Assembly: GCA_047495785.1 (NCBI GenBank)
Contig: JBLDXI010000030.1
Coordinates: 806,001-870,000 of the forward strand
Source: Lepidodermella squamata
Taxonomy: Eukaryota; Animalia; Gastrotricha
Direction of reading: 5' to 3'
Length of the DNA stretch: 64,000 bases
This document shows, one piece after another, positions 45,898-58,690 of this stretch (positions within the stretch are counted from its first letter, which is position 1; each line of letters starts with the position of its first letter). Made by a program: the position numbers and the translations under genes. The notes under the pieces are model-generated. The model worked only from the letters and a program-made list of their open reading frames with translations, was not told the origin of the DNA and did not search any database.

Positions 45898-46160
45898 TCA
45901 GGAAAGCATGAATATAAACAAGATGATATATGTAATAAGAATTGCAACAACAGTGGCTACCGCGACAGCGAGGTCAAACCATCGAACAGCTGTAATTCCC
46001 CAACCTCGAATTTCAATGATTTTTCTGGATTTTCTCGCGAGGTTACAAACTATCAGCATGTAGGCAGTAAGAGCCATACCAGCTAAATTCTTGAACAAAG
46101 TTCCAACGACGACGTAAATGGCCTCGGACGTTGCGGGAACCTTTTCATTGAGAAGGCGCA
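45898..46160 (-). pseudogene. Fragment of a Cys-loop subunit (M2-M3 loop, M3, M4)
   Basis: VPATSEAIYVVV...YMLIVC...RWFDLAVA matches IPQTSETVYLVV...YMMIAC of B8-B11. The upstream part is not homologous and carries a MITE end at 46360-46378. Confidence 0.65.
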
Positions 46161-46649
46161 AAGTTAAAGAGTTAACAAGACAACAAGCAGAACTCGTCCA
46201 GAATTTCGCGACGAAAGAGCAGAATTCGTCCAGGATGTCGCGGGGATCAAGCATCAATCGGCCAGCTTTCGATGAAATCGAAGACAGCTCAGGCAGCATT
46301 GGATCCCAGAATCCGAGAAATCGCAACAGGGCATCGATTGCCTTCCTCTGTTTGGTGTCCCCTGTACTTCGCACCCTGGCTCTGGCTAGGACAAATTATA
46401 ACGCAATCAGATGACCGCTGGGTAGAGAACTTGGCTATAGCCCTCTAAATTGGTTAAAATAAAAAATAATGAGATACACACAAAAACTAGCCCAAGCTGT
46501 GCGTAATAGTCACATCCTCATGCTGATTAAAAAAGATTTCATCCAAAAAACAAACAATTACAGTTAGATAATTGGCAAATATCGCCGTGGTAGTATAAGG
46601 AATTCGTTTTTTCCCCAATACATACGTTTTCTCTGTCTGAAAATTCAAC

Positions 46650-47816
46650 ATGAGAATTTGCCTGTTGGCTTTTATTCTGAGTTCATTTTTCTTGCAGCTG
46701 GGTCACACTGGCTACCCTAAATTGTCTGTGGCTGCGATTAAGGACAAGATATCCGAGGACTGCTGGTACCTGATGTCTGAAAACCTACCTCGCGATATGT
46801 CGCTGAATAGCCTCGGACCTGTTGAGGTTTCAGTAAATTGTAACCTGTTCCGATTTGTTAAGATTGACGACATCAAACGCGAATTGTCCATGTACCTCGA
46901 AATATACCTCGGCTGGTCTTTGCCGTGCATTTTCGATTGCAATGCGTATTTAGCTGGAACGAATGCAACATGCGACTTATCAACGTTCACATATACAATG
47001 AGGTTTTACTTCAACAGCCACCAAACGTGGAGGCCTGATCTAATCCATCTGAATGGAGCCGAGATTTCTCGGCCTTTAAACACAATGCTTGGCATGCAAT
47101 ACGTGCAAGTTGGCAGTCGGAACATCAACTTGTCATTGTCAGTCGTCGGAATTTTCGAAAGCGCGTGTGATGGGTTTTCATTTAGAAAATTTCCGTTCGA
47201 CGCCCTTCAATGCGCTATGATTTTCGATGCTGGCGAAATAATTACCCTAACTTCTTACCGAATCAAGCGATTCGAGATTGACACATCGACGAACAAATCT
47301 TTCATCGGCGATACGGAGATATGGCGGCTTGATGGGGAACTCATCGGAAGAGTAGAGCCTATCATAAGATTCAACAACCCTTATCCGTATCAACGATTGA
47401 GTTTTACACTCAAATTCAAGCGCAAAAGTGGATTCTACATCTCGAACATGATAATACCGATGTATTGTCTGTTTTTGCTACAATGTTCAGCCTTACTTAT
47501 GGAGCCTAAAACCCCAGAACGACCTGGTTTTTGCATAACAGTGGTTTTAGCGTACGCGTTTCTGTTATCGATCGTTTTCAACAGCACTCCACAAACATCG
47601 GAGCCAATATTCCTGGTTTACATTATATTAAACAAACTTGTTTTCGGCGTAGCTCTTACAATGCAATCGATGGTTTTTAGCCTTTGGGTTAGGAAAAAAT
47701 ATATCAAGAAAGGCAAGGACTTCTTCAGATATCTTGATTTGACCGTCGGAGCAGCATTAATTGCTGCTGTCTGCATAGTTGATTTAGCTTTATTTAGCCT
47801 TATGTTGTCTAACTGA
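46650..47816 (+). CDS. Divergent Cys-loop subunit B3 (intronless)
   Basis: 388-aa ORF with signal peptide, WRPDLIHLN, CDGFSFRKFPFDALQC, PERPGFC and 4TM. Confidence 0.9.
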   Translation: MRICLLAFILSSFFLQLGHTGYPKLSVAAIKDKISEDCWYLMSENLPRDMSLNSLGPVEVSVNCNLFRFVKIDDIKRELSMYLEIYLGWSLPCIFDCNAYLAGTNATCDLSTFTYTMRFYFNSHQTWRPDLIHLNGAEISRPLNTMLGMQYVQVGSRNINLSLSVVGIFESACDGFSFRKFPFDALQCAMIFDAGEIITLTSYRIKRFEIDTSTNKSFIGDTEIWRLDGELIGRVEPIIRFNNPYPYQRLSFTLKFKRKSGFYISNMIIPMYCLFLLQCSALLMEPKTPERPGFCITVVLAYAFLLSIVFNSTPQTSEPIFLVYIILNKLVFGVALTMQSMVFSLWVRKKYIKKGKDFFRYLDLTVGAALIAAVCIVDLALFSLMLSN

Positions 47817-48000
47817 ATTATTATCAAAATAAAAAAAGCAAAATGCAATTTTCTCAAATCGATTCGAAGGTAGAAACAGTAATCAAACAGCTGACAAATT
47901 TTAAAATTTTACTCAATTTCCGTTAAATGTAATATTGGATTTGAAAGAGTTAAATTTCTAATAAATTTTCGAGCTTTAAACAGTTTTCATAATTTTTGCT

Positions 48001-49286
48001 ATGCTTATCACAGTTAGCTTATCGATTTTTGTATTTCTCAACTCACTCAAGTTATGCCTCAGCCAGGGCGATATATTCAGAGTAACTAAGCTTTTGGAAG
48101 ATGCTACAAGAGACAAGTGCCCAGCTTTGGACTCTCGCATGCTCCCGAACGAGCATTTACTCGACTCAAACATGCGCCCACTGCCGTTGACGTTCCAACT
48201 CGCCCCCATTAGATTCGTTGAAATCAACGATGTCGACCAGCGATTGTCCCTCATCGCTTCGTTCACTCTTTTCTGGGAGATTCCATGCGAAATCGAAGAC
48301 CTTAAATGCGTGGATTTGCTCCCCGATCAAATGTGTGATGTAATAGGGCAAGATGGCGACGGACTTTGCCTAAGCCTTAGCTTGAGAGACATTTGGTATC
48401 CAAAGTTATACCACGTATCAGCCTTCGCAAAACCTCGTTACCAACCTGAGTTAAATTCTATCTCCATGTAAATATATCCACCTTAACATTTCATGTTTAC
48501 AGCTTATTCGACACGGCTGAATTGTGTCCTTTGGATTCAATGCAGGTTACGTGGGGCTTCAGCGATCGCATCGATGTCTCCTGCTCATCATTTGGCTACG
48601 AAAAATTTCCGTTCGACACTCAACGCTGCGTCATCATTTTCGAATTGGAAGATCGCAGCAAACAGGTGATTTTCAAACAATCCGAATTCTTCATCGACGA
48701 AGCGTGGTTCGAGTCGTTTGTGAGCAGCAGTGATGTCTGGGTCTTAGTTGAACCGCTTGAACTCACTATCAAAAACATTTCTCAACTTCTCAAGAACAAC
48801 GAGGATGAAGATGAAGATGATGATGATGATGATGATAGCAAAAATATCTATAGCCGTGTTGATTTTGCAATCACCTTTAAACGTAAACCTGAATATTACA
48901 TTTGGAATCTCCTATTCCCAACAATTTCTCTCATCTTGCTTCCTATTGTTTGTCTGATAGCTGAGCCTGATGTTACTGATCGAACGGCGTTTTGCGCCAC
49001 TGTTGTACTCGCCTATTCTGTCGTATTGACTGTAGTTTCTGGCTTGTTGCCAAAAACAGCTAGTTCGGTGTATTTACTCTATATGATTTCAATCAAATTT
49101 ATGGTAGCGATTGCCATCACTATATACTGCTTGTTATCTGGCTTTATTGGCGCCGATAAATATTGGACTTTGAAGCCTCATTTGAAGTTCAGAATCAGCC
49201 GAATTGTCGATGCTTTTGTGACAGTAATTTGCATTGCAATTCTGGTTACCGCTGATTTTAGCCTCTTTGGCATTATGCTGAATTGA
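48001..49286 (+). CDS. Divergent Cys-loop subunit B4 (1 intron; poly-acidic loop C)
   Basis: IWYPKLYHV, CSSFGYEKFPFDTQRC, FKRKPEYYIW. Intron 48450-48502. Confidence 0.87.
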
Positions 49287-49811
49287 GGTTACTATCAATT
49301 TCCAACTTTGGTAAATTGATAATCTCTTTGATGTTCGCGTCTCGAAGGATTCCTATATCGTCCACTGCGAAGCTGAATGTTTTCAATCTTGGTTTCTATT
49401 TTTTTCTATGTGAAATACGAAAAAAACTGAAAAAACGAACACATTTTTAAGAATTTGAAGTCCGACTAATGACTTTTGCAGTTATGATATTCAAGGTTGA
49501 ATATGAGCTGCATTGACTCGAAGCATGAAAGCTATTTTATGCAACCAATAGCGTCAAAATGTTATGCGATATCTCACGGCGGAAGACAAATTCAATTTTC
49601 CGTGTCGAAAAAAATTGGCTTGCTCGCTAATGTATGGGAACTTGTCAAACTTTCACTGGGAAACAATGCACACTGCTTTAAAAATTCTGGCGATGCATAA
49701 TTTTATTCGTGGTCCTTGTAACGCGCCGCTGCGAGTCAATATTTGACGATCGATGACTTCCATCGCTTCATTCCATTCAAAAGTCAGAATTTCACGAGCT
49801 GAATTTAAAAA

Positions 49812-51036
49812 ATGCTGCGAGTCATCCTTCTGGTGTCACTCGTGGCTACGTATTCAGCTGAAGGGTCTAATTTTACCACAATTCCAGTTGAAGACCAGCT
49901 TCTTACAGTATACAGAAAGGTTTGCCCTGCTTTTGAATCGTTACTCCTGCCATTAGAGAACAAAGCTCTAGTTGGCAACTATTCGGAACAGTTAACAGTC
50001 AATGTTGACCTGATTCTTCTCCGCTTCTTCGGTATTGATGATATTGAACAAAGACTGTCTCTTGTTGGGTACTTTACCTTTGCCTGGGATTTACCGTGCG
50101 AAATAGAGCCGCCTTGCACCAGCCAATTTTCCCAAATGATTTGCCAAGCAATCGACGAAGGAGCTGCGTATTTCTCAATGCCAATAACCGGCCGCATGTG
50201 GTTCCCGAAATTGTTCCAGGTCACAAGTTACGACGACCCAGAATTAAGGCCAAGGTTAGTTCTCCGAATAACAGAAACAATCTCTAACCTTAATTCCCAG
50301 GATGTTGGATGTTGTCGAAGTCATACCTTACAACGACCATATTGACATGTTTTGGAACTTCGGCAATCGATTCGATGTCTCGTGTTCATCCTTTGTCTAT
50401 CAAAACTTCCCATTCGACATCCAACAGTGTACGATGGCTTTTGAGTCGTACGACGAGACATTCTACGTCCATTACAACATATCGCGTTTCGCGATCGACA
50501 GCAATTGGCGCGATTCTTTTGTCAACAGTATGGACGTTTGGGAATTTGTTGAGCCTCTCACTTCAAATGTCATCATCACTCAATCCGATATGAATAATTA
50601 CAATAGACTCAGTTTCAACGTGACATTCAAACGGAAACCTGGCTACTACATCTGGTGCGTGTTTTTCCCGACAATCTCACTTATAATTATCCCTATTATA
50701 TGCCTGGTCGCATCTCCGAAGAAAATAGACCGCGCTACGGTTTGCGTAACAGTAGTTCTGTCTTACTCTGTCCTTCTAACCATAGTATCGGGCATGCTAC
50801 CTAAAACCTCTAGCCCAGTTTACCTTGTCTACATGATCGCAATCAAGTATATGCTGGCAATTTTTATAACGATCTACGCTCTCTGTGCTGATCTCGGTAG
50901 CAAAAGAAGGATCTCCATCCCTAGGTTACGCTTGAAGGTCGAATTTAGCCGTATGTGCGACTTTGTGATAGCTGCAAGTTCGGCTTTATTGATTTTCTTA
51001 GCAGACTTTATTCTCATTTCGTTGATGATGGATTGA
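49812..51036 (+). CDS. Divergent Cys-loop subunit B5 (1 intron; close paralog of B1)
   Basis: CSSFVYQNFPFDIQQC and 4TM. Intron 50255-50300. Confidence 0.88.
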
Positions 51037-51479
51037 TTTGAAAATTGAACTATTGATACTAAGTATCATTCGCCATTTCAATAATCGGACTGAATAAAAC
51101 AGACAGGTAATGAAAGGATATTGAAATTCGGTTTCCTATTTCCTACCCAGCTCATAGCTCCGCGAATAAAAGTGCTCTCTGCTATAAAAAATATTTTAGC
51201 GAATGCCACGACTCATGCATTAAAGGACCAAATGCGAAATCTCTCCTAGTTTACATAGCTGTCATCATGTGATGCCAGGAAAAGTTAACATTAAATATCA
51301 ATGTCAACATTTGACGCTGAATGTCAACATTACATAGTTCATTTCATAGTTCAGCATTATAAACGACAAAAAAATATGTTATTTCTTCTTCGCAGAGGAC
51401 TATCATAGCAATCGACGGTGTAATCTGCAAACACGCGGTTTTTGAAAACAGCAATTTTTTTGCTGAATTTTTGTCTGTA

Positions 51480-52643
51480 ATGAAGAGACAAATTTTGCTG
51501 GTTCTTCTCGCGCCTCTGCTAGTCTCAATTCAAGCTGGCTACCCGAGCACGTCCGTGGCTAAGCTGAAGGAGATGATAAGTAACCAATGCTGGTACGTCG
51601 ACTCTGAGAACTTACCCCGCGACGCTGTAATGAACAAAGTCGGGCCGATTAAAATAAGCGTTAATTGCAACCTGTTTCGCTTCGTCGAAATCGACGACAT
51701 TCAGAAGACGCTGAAGCTATACCTCGAGCTTCATCTTGCCTGGCCGATGCCTTGTGTCTTTGACTGCGGGGCGTTTTTCGCTGCAACAAATACAACTTGC
51801 GAGGAGTTGGGCTACAATACTCTTATGAGGTATGAAGTTACTAACAATTACATATGGAAACCGGATCTGCTGCATCTGAATGGCATTGGCTCAGCGCGAC
51901 CGCTCATCACCCTTGGAGGCCCACAGTCAATAGCGGTTAGGCCGAAGTATATCGGCTCATCTTGGTCGATAACCGGAATTTTCGACAACTCGTGCGATGG
52001 TTTCTCTTTCAAGAAATTCCCGTTCGACACTCTTGAATGCGGCATGATTTTCGACGCGGAGGATACAGTTAACAAAACTTTTTACTGGATCGAGAAATTT
52101 GAGATTGACACTTCGATGAAGAATGCTTTCATTGCCGATACGGAGATATGGCGACTCGATGGGAGCCTGAACGGAAAGGTTGAGCCTATAACAAGATTCG
52201 GCAATCCTGTTCCTTATCATCGAGTGAGCTTTCTGCTGAAGTTTCGGAGAAAAAGCGGATTCTATGTTTCGAACACTATCATTCCAATGTATTGCCTATA
52301 TCTGCTGCAATGTTCTACCCTGTTGATGCTACCTAAATCCCCTGAGCGGTCTGGATTTTGCATGTCTGTCGTTTTAGCTTACGCGTTCCTACTCTCTATC
52401 GTTTACGACAGCATTCCAGGCACTTCTGAGCCTATATATCTAGTCTACATCGTTTTGGATAAACTTATTTTTGGTGTAGCACTGACCATTCAGTCAATGG
52501 TTATGCACCTTCTTGTTAGTAGAAAGTATTATTATAAAAGTAAGGGTTTCATCAGAAGTATAGATTTGACTGTGGGAATCGGTTGTATAGCTGTTGTGAC
52601 GTTTGTCGATCTTATCTTATTCGCTCTCATGCTATCAAACTAA
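51480..52643 (+). CDS. Divergent Cys-loop subunit B6 (intronless)
   Basis: Signal peptide, IWKPDLLHLN, CDGFSFKKFPFDTLEC, 4TM. Confidence 0.9.
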   Translation: MKRQILLVLLAPLLVSIQAGYPSTSVAKLKEMISNQCWYVDSENLPRDAVMNKVGPIKISVNCNLFRFVEIDDIQKTLKLYLELHLAWPMPCVFDCGAFFAATNTTCEELGYNTLMRYEVTNNYIWKPDLLHLNGIGSARPLITLGGPQSIAVRPKYIGSSWSITGIFDNSCDGFSFKKFPFDTLECGMIFDAEDTVNKTFYWIEKFEIDTSMKNAFIADTEIWRLDGSLNGKVEPITRFGNPVPYHRVSFLLKFRRKSGFYVSNTIIPMYCLYLLQCSTLLMLPKSPERSGFCMSVVLAYAFLLSIVYDSIPGTSEPIYLVYIVLDKLIFGVALTIQSMVMHLLVSRKYYYKSKGFIRSIDLTVGIGCIAVVTFVDLILFALMLSN

Positions 52644-52856
52644 ATCTATCCAACTGCTTTTTCCCCAAAATAAACACATTTTCGAGACATTTTTCTCATA
52701 ATATTTGCTTGTCAGTGTGGTAAACATCTCTCGAACCAACAATGGTTTAATCGACTCGAGCAAAATCCAGAATTCCGAAAGCAAATATTGAAATTACAGA
52801 AAAGTCATTTTTCCGATTGCATCCCTTTATGGATTGGGATTTTTCTTATTCTGAAG

Positions 52857-54008
52857 ATGATTGTTTTAGCAATTCTCCTGAGCTTTTCACAGCTAAGTTT
52901 GTCAGCCCATCCTAAAAATTCTATAGCAGCTATACGAGAGCAAGTAATGGAGCAATGCTGGTACATCGCATCCGAGAATTTACCGCGCGACGTTCTCATG
53001 AACAACGACCGACCGGTGGAAATAAACGTGAAATGCAACATGTTTCGATTCATTGGAATCGACGATATCCAGCGCAAATTGTCGATATACCTTGAAATGT
53101 ACATCAACTGGCATTTCCCTTGCTATTTCAATTGTGAGAACTACTTCGCTGGGACGATGAATGTGTCCTGCGACAAGGTAGCTCATGCAGCAATAACAAT
53201 GTTCGAGATGGATAATTATCCAAAGTGGAGACCGGATTTGATCCATCTAAATGGCGTTGAAATTTCGCGGCCTCTTAGCGCGCTTGGAGGGCCCTTATCA
53301 GTCGTCCTGGGTGTTAAGACTATTTACGCGGCTTGGGGTGTTATTGGATTTATAGAGAATGCCTGTTCCGGGTTCTCCTTCACGAAATTTCCATTTGACA
53401 CCCTGGAATGCAGTATGATTTTCGACGCGGATGAAACCGTTAACAAAACTGTCTATCAAGTTTCAAAATTTGAAATCGACACATCGATGAGGGACGCCTT
53501 TATCGCGGAAACCGAGGTTTGGCAGTTGGACAGCGCCCCAACAGCGAAAGTGGAGACGATAATTAGGTTCGGCTATTCCGACCCTTTTCACCGTCTGCAT
53601 TTCATTCTCAAATTCAAGCGGAAGAGCCAGTATTACGTCTCGAACATAATTATACCGATGTATTGCCTGTTTCTGCTGCAATGCTCGACCTTGTTGATGC
53701 CGCCTAAAACCCCGGAACGGCCTGGATTTTGCATGGCTGTCGTTTTAGCTTACGCCTTTCTACTCTCGATCGTTTTTGGCAGCATTCCGAAGACCTCGGA
53801 GCCTATTTACTTGCTTTACATCGTCCTGGATAAATTCGTTTTTGGTTTGGCTCTAACCATTCAATCAATGGCTATAAGCCTTTTGTTAGGCAAGAAATGC
53901 ATGCTGAAAAGACAGAATTTCATGAGAAATCTTGACCTGATTGTTGGGTTCGGATTAATAGTTGTTGTTTCACTGTTCGATCTTGTTTTATTCATCCTCA
54001 TGCTGTAA
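52857..54008 (+). CDS. Divergent Cys-loop subunit B7 (intronless)
   Basis: First ATG 52857 gives a signal peptide; CSGFSFTKFPFDTLEC, PERPGFC, 4TM. Confidence 0.9.
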   Translation: MIVLAILLSFSQLSLSAHPKNSIAAIREQVMEQCWYIASENLPRDVLMNNDRPVEINVKCNMFRFIGIDDIQRKLSIYLEMYINWHFPCYFNCENYFAGTMNVSCDKVAHAAITMFEMDNYPKWRPDLIHLNGVEISRPLSALGGPLSVVLGVKTIYAAWGVIGFIENACSGFSFTKFPFDTLECSMIFDADETVNKTVYQVSKFEIDTSMRDAFIAETEVWQLDSAPTAKVETIIRFGYSDPFHRLHFILKFKRKSQYYVSNIIIPMYCLFLLQCSTLLMPPKTPERPGFCMAVVLAYAFLLSIVFGSIPKTSEPIYLLYIVLDKFVFGLALTIQSMAISLLLGKKCMLKRQNFMRNLDLIVGFGLIVVVSLFDLVLFILML

Positions 54009-54141
54009 AATTGATTGTACGAGCGTTTACGGGGCAATAAAAATGGATTTCGAAAAACATACAAGTTAAAATTTGGTCCAACTAGTCGCATTGTATTGGG
54101 CGTTTATTTTAGATTTTACATTCATGTCATTAGCATACTAA

Positions 54142-55746
54142 ATGCTACCCACAAAATTTCAAATCCCACTGCGCCATCCAGGCATATTCGCCCACAATGT
54201 TTTCAAACTCAAACACTGCGCGATAATCAATAATGGTCTCCAGGATATAGATGAGGCGTGTCGGCGAGCCTACGATGTTCGACCTAGCACTTCAAAGGCA
54301 CTACACAATTTTTCTCATTCTTTCATTAGAAAAAACATGATGATGCTAGGCGATGAGCTTGATCCTGATGCGTTCTGGCGCAAGTACGGCGCTTCAGAGC
54401 CGAAACCGCATCGCAGCATCGGGAATTTTAGACGGCTATCATCGTTCGACTTCCCGCAGTTAGAAACTATGCCGAAACAACAAACTACCGCTATGTTCAA
54501 CGAAAAGCTCGCAAATCACTATTCGCGGAGTGTTTGCCGAATCGAAAGTCAGAAGGGCGTTGGGTCTGGTTTCCTTATCAATTTGTTCAACGAAAAATTC
54601 GGCTTAGTCACATGCCGGCACGTCCTGGGTGGGACTGACGATGCATACTCCCTACCGTTAGCAGACGGAAACTCCTTTGAAATCGTCTTCACCCAAGGAA
54701 TTAAAGGGGAAGAAGAGCCGGCTGTCACTGTTGTAATCGGTCAAGATACAACAGCTTGGCGATTGGTTGGAGATCAACGCATCGATGCTACCTGCATAGA
54801 ATTCACGGCTAGATTCAAGCGGAGGATCGACCAGCTCGGCAAGCCATTCCTACCCCTGAAAACCACTGAAACATTCTTCAAAAACGATATGGTAACCTTA
54901 TTAGGCTACCCTAAGGGTGGCAAGTTGAATTTGAGCAAGGGGGTGATTATGGATGTCACGACCGATAGCAAGGTCGGTCGATGTTTCGCCCATAGTGCTG
55001 ATACAGAGCGCGGCTCGTCTGGCTCGCCGATTTTCAACGCAAATTTCGAGGTAATTGGCGTTCATTTCGCGGCAGCATCTGAGACGAAGAAACTTGGCGT
55101 GCCCCTAGGAGCCCTTCTCCTGGCTGAGAATAGGGTTACTCATACCGTTAACCAATTCAGAAGATCGAATGAGCCTTTGGCTACTCATAACCGGTCTTTA
55201 AGTCCTATTCGAGAGGTTCCGGCTGTTTCAAGCATTGGCTGGCGTTACTCGATGGAGAGCACCTCGAAGCCAGTGGAGTGTCCTATGATTCTAACATCGT
55301 TCACAGAGGCTAAGCGCTTCCTATCGATATATTCTCAACAAGATCAGTCCAGCATTTTCCTGACCCTTAATAAGAATGTGGCGATTCGAAGTACCTCGAA
55401 ACCAGAGGTTGTTTCGGGTGATGACGGAAGTTGGGCTCTAATTCGACTGCCGATGCATGCCATGTTCAAAAACTGCACTCTACCTTTGATGGCTACGAAT
55501 TCAATGCTAAATGTTCAGTTACAGACCTTGATATCATCGGCCGTCCAATCGAGAGACGACCCACTGACTTTGGCGAATTTCATAGGAAGTCAAATGCTGC
55601 AAGTTACCACTGGCCCAAGTTACATAACTGTAGCAGTTTTCCCTGATAGTGATTTTAATTATGATTTTTCGAGACATTCAGTGATTTTCCCTAGAGCTTT
55701 TCCGCCCTACCTGGGCAGTCCAGGTATTTTGATTCTTTGGCATTAA
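54142..55746 (+). CDS. Trypsin-like serine protease, FAM111-like (start uncertain)
   Basis: SVCRI, GSGFL, LVTCRHVL (His), DATCIEF (Asp), DTERGSSGSPIFN (Ser). No signal peptide; unknown C-terminal region. Confidence 0.75.
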   Translation: MLPTKFQIPLRHPGIFAHNVFKLKHCAIINNGLQDIDEACRRAYDVRPSTSKALHNFSHSFIRKNMMMLGDELDPDAFWRKYGASEPKPHRSIGNFRRLSSFDFPQLETMPKQQTTAMFNEKLANHYSRSVCRIESQKGVGSGFLINLFNEKFGLVTCRHVLGGTDDAYSLPLADGNSFEIVFTQGIKGEEEPAVTVVIGQDTTAWRLVGDQRIDATCIEFTARFKRRIDQLGKPFLPLKTTETFFKNDMVTLLGYPKGGKLNLSKGVIMDVTTDSKVGRCFAHSADTERGSSGSPIFNANFEVIGVHFAAASETKKLGVPLGALLLAENRVTHTVNQFRRSNEPLATHNRSLSPIREVPAVSSIGWRYSMESTSKPVECPMILTSFTEAKRFLSIYSQQDQSSIFLTLNKNVAIRSTSKPEVVSGDDGSWALIRLPMHAMFKNCTLPLMATNSMLNVQLQTLISSAVQSRDDPLTLANFIGSQMLQVTTGPSYITVAVFPDSDFNYDFSRHSVIFPRAFPPYLGSPGILILWH

Positions 55747-57273
55747 TTCTTAAAAATCATTAAATAAATCAAAACAGCATCCGCAACCAGGAAGAAAATG
55801 AATAAGAATAAAGCAATCACGATGTCGATAACTCGAATGATTCGAAGTTGAGGAATGAGGCTGAAACGGGCTCGGAATGTCTTCATCTCACAAATCGTAC
55901 AGGCGATCATCATGTAGACTGTTACAACACAGCTAGAGGCCATTTTCATAGAAACCATAACGACTAGGTATACAGTCTCAGATGTTTGAGGGATGAGTTG
56001 GAAAATCATGGTTACAGTAACAGCGAAAGCGAGAACTGCGGTCATACTAAGTGCGGGGCGGTCTGAAAGATTAGGCGGTAAAGTAAGGGTCAAAACATTA
56101 AGGAAAAATAGCGAGAAAACGGGAATGAAAATGTTGCAGACATAGTAGTCGTACTTGCGTTGGAACTGTATGGATAACGTTTGCCTCGAAAATTGCAAAC
56201 CGCCAAATTTGGTTACATTCTCAGAGGTGTACCAAACTTTTAAAACCTTCCATATCTCTGTATCGTCCAAGAATGTGGATTGGGCTGACTCATCGATTCC
56301 GTAGTCTGTTGTCTGGAACGTTACTTGATCGATAATATCCGTTGACTCAAAAACGAATTCGCACTCCATTTTATCAACTGATCATAGGGAATGAATAAAA
56401 ATGTGATTTCTTAAGATTAGTAAACTTACACGGGAATGTTTGGAATCGGAAGCTGCTACAGTATGATGAGAATACATTTCGCAAAAACCACTTCGCCCTA
56501 GCTGCAGGTTGAAAGAACGGCTGAATCACGATGTCAGGCATATCACTTTTAAAGAAAATATCATGACGGCTTTTCATACATTATTTTCGGATGTCTAACT
56601 TATCAAGAGGTCGGAAGGTATTGAGAGCATTTTCGTGCATGATTTGAGGCCGCCATATATCACGAGCTGGAATTTTCAGCGCATCGTACTTTGAGTTGCA
56701 AATCTTCAAATCACTACCGGCGAGTTCGGGGCAGTTAATCGCGCAAGGAAATGCCCAGTAAGCGGCAATACTTGCGTAAACGGAAAAGCTGAAACAAATC
56801 AAAACATCTGTTAATACCTCTTTCACCAAAAAGGAACATTGAAGAGCGGAATCCTATAGCATGAGTTTATAGTTTGATGCTCGAAACTACAACATAATAT
56901 TGAAATCAAAATCTTCAATTGTCCCGTCGCCCTCTTGATACTATATAAATTCGACATTTTTTACAGTGTAAGCAAATCACAACTTTACAAGCATTAGGAT
57001 TTACAAAACGGCGTAGCTTTCATTCTACACTCACGTTTTCCGAAGGTCGTCAACTCCAATAAACCTGAGCAAATAAAAAGTCAGGTTGACCCGAACAGGA
57101 GTCGTGAAATCGTTTTGCAGGAGAAAATTGACAGGCAATTGTTTCGACTTTATAATAGGGCATTTCTCCAGAACCTTCTCCTCAAAAGCCTCCATAGTCA
57201 TATTAGTCTCCGGCCTGACAGGAGATGCGAAAAGCATCAAAGCTAGAAGAAAATTTACAGGGAGTTGGCTCAT
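55743..57273 (-). CDS. Divergent Cys-loop subunit B8 (3 introns)
   Basis: Four phase-compatible exons (ORFs 57031-57273, 56581-56829, 56374-56577, 55743-56369). Spliced loop reads CSSFRFQTFPFDKMEC. Confidence 0.85.
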
Positions 57274-58211
57274 TTCTTGAAAAAAACGAATTAGCTTTTT
57301 GGCTGAATGATAAGATGATGATAAAGAATAACGATCTGTGAAGACGAAAGCTGATCACACAAATTACACAGCTTTGCCTCTACCACAGCCATGAGTCATG
57401 ATAAACCGCACTTAAGTATTATACATTATGTATAATAGTTATTTGTTATTTGCTTTAAAATATAAAAAATTGCTTACGACTCTAAGAGAGTCATGTGATT
57501 GAAGTAAATGTTTTTATTAAAAACCGAAATTAAATACATTTTGTCGCTTTGAGTTAAAAAATATTTAAATTTGACCGTTTATCGATAATCGGTAAATTTT
57601 TAATTATCATTTAAGATTCAATAAATGGCCTTGTCTTTTTTTCATCTAACCAGAATCGTATCCCAACTTACCATGAATTACCAGGATATCTCATGGAATT
57701 ACCATAACTTACCAGGAATTCGAACCTTCAATAACTCAGCTAAACTAATTCTTCTTTCGATTTGAAATTGGCATTGTTCCTCCAAAATAATGTCCGAATG
57801 TCCGAGAAGCTCCTGTCAAGTTCCAGCCCTAATTTGGCTAATTCAAAGCATATTCGAGAGAGATTCGAGGATTTCGAGAGATGTCCTGCCCAGCCAAGCT
57901 CTTAAATGAGGTTAAACAGGAAAATAAAATAAATTGTGATCAATTGGGCGCCGATGTGGTTAAAAAACTGTATAATTAACATTTTATTTATATAGATTAA
58001 AATTGAAATGTACTTATAGATGTTTGCCAAAAATCAACAGGAGGGCAACAGGGTTAGAAAAATACAGGACGATGTGTAAGTAGGAGTAAAAAATGAGTCG
58101 TCTCGATTCCCTCGCATTCGAGGAGGATGTGTGTGTAGCGTGTAGCAGCCGTGTTCACCTTGCATTATGACTACGAAATGCATCACGTCTCAGCAAGCGA
58201 ATACATGCACT

Positions 58212-58470
58212 CAGTGTGCGACTTTCAGGGGGGGGGGGGGGGGATGGGGGGGGATCATCCCTCCCAGCTCGGCCGGTCCAGACCACAAAACGAGAATTCA
58301 CCCTGCTGTTTTGTTCATTTTTGAAGGTTCTAGAGTGTGTTTTAGTGGAAAATCTCCAAAATTTTCTCGATTCGCTCGGTTATTCGCCGAAATGACTAGT
58401 CATTTTGGCAAATACAGCAAAAAATTTTTTGTTCATCCCTGGCAGCTCGGGGATCCAAGATCGCACCCTG
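58212..58470. mobile_element. hAT-type non-autonomous element with perfect 8-bp target site duplication
   Basis: TIRs CAGTGTGCGA / TCGCACCCTG. CATGCACT at both 58204-58211 and 58471-58478. A second partial copy lies at 13.5 kb. Confidence 0.88.
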
Positions 58471-58690
58471 CATGCACTCTAGGTTGACTCTTCGCTTCGG
58501 TTGAGGCACTTCGCGGTAATGAATGTTGGCTGTGCTCGACAATAGCCCTTTCATGGCCACAACACTTTGACTGTCGAAAATATACTGTGAGATCCGATAT
58601 TTGGAGTCAAATCTTTGCACTGTCAAAGTTGATTTAATTGAAGTCCTATGACAAAACTTTTGACGGGGAAATGTAGGCCATGTCTCGGGG

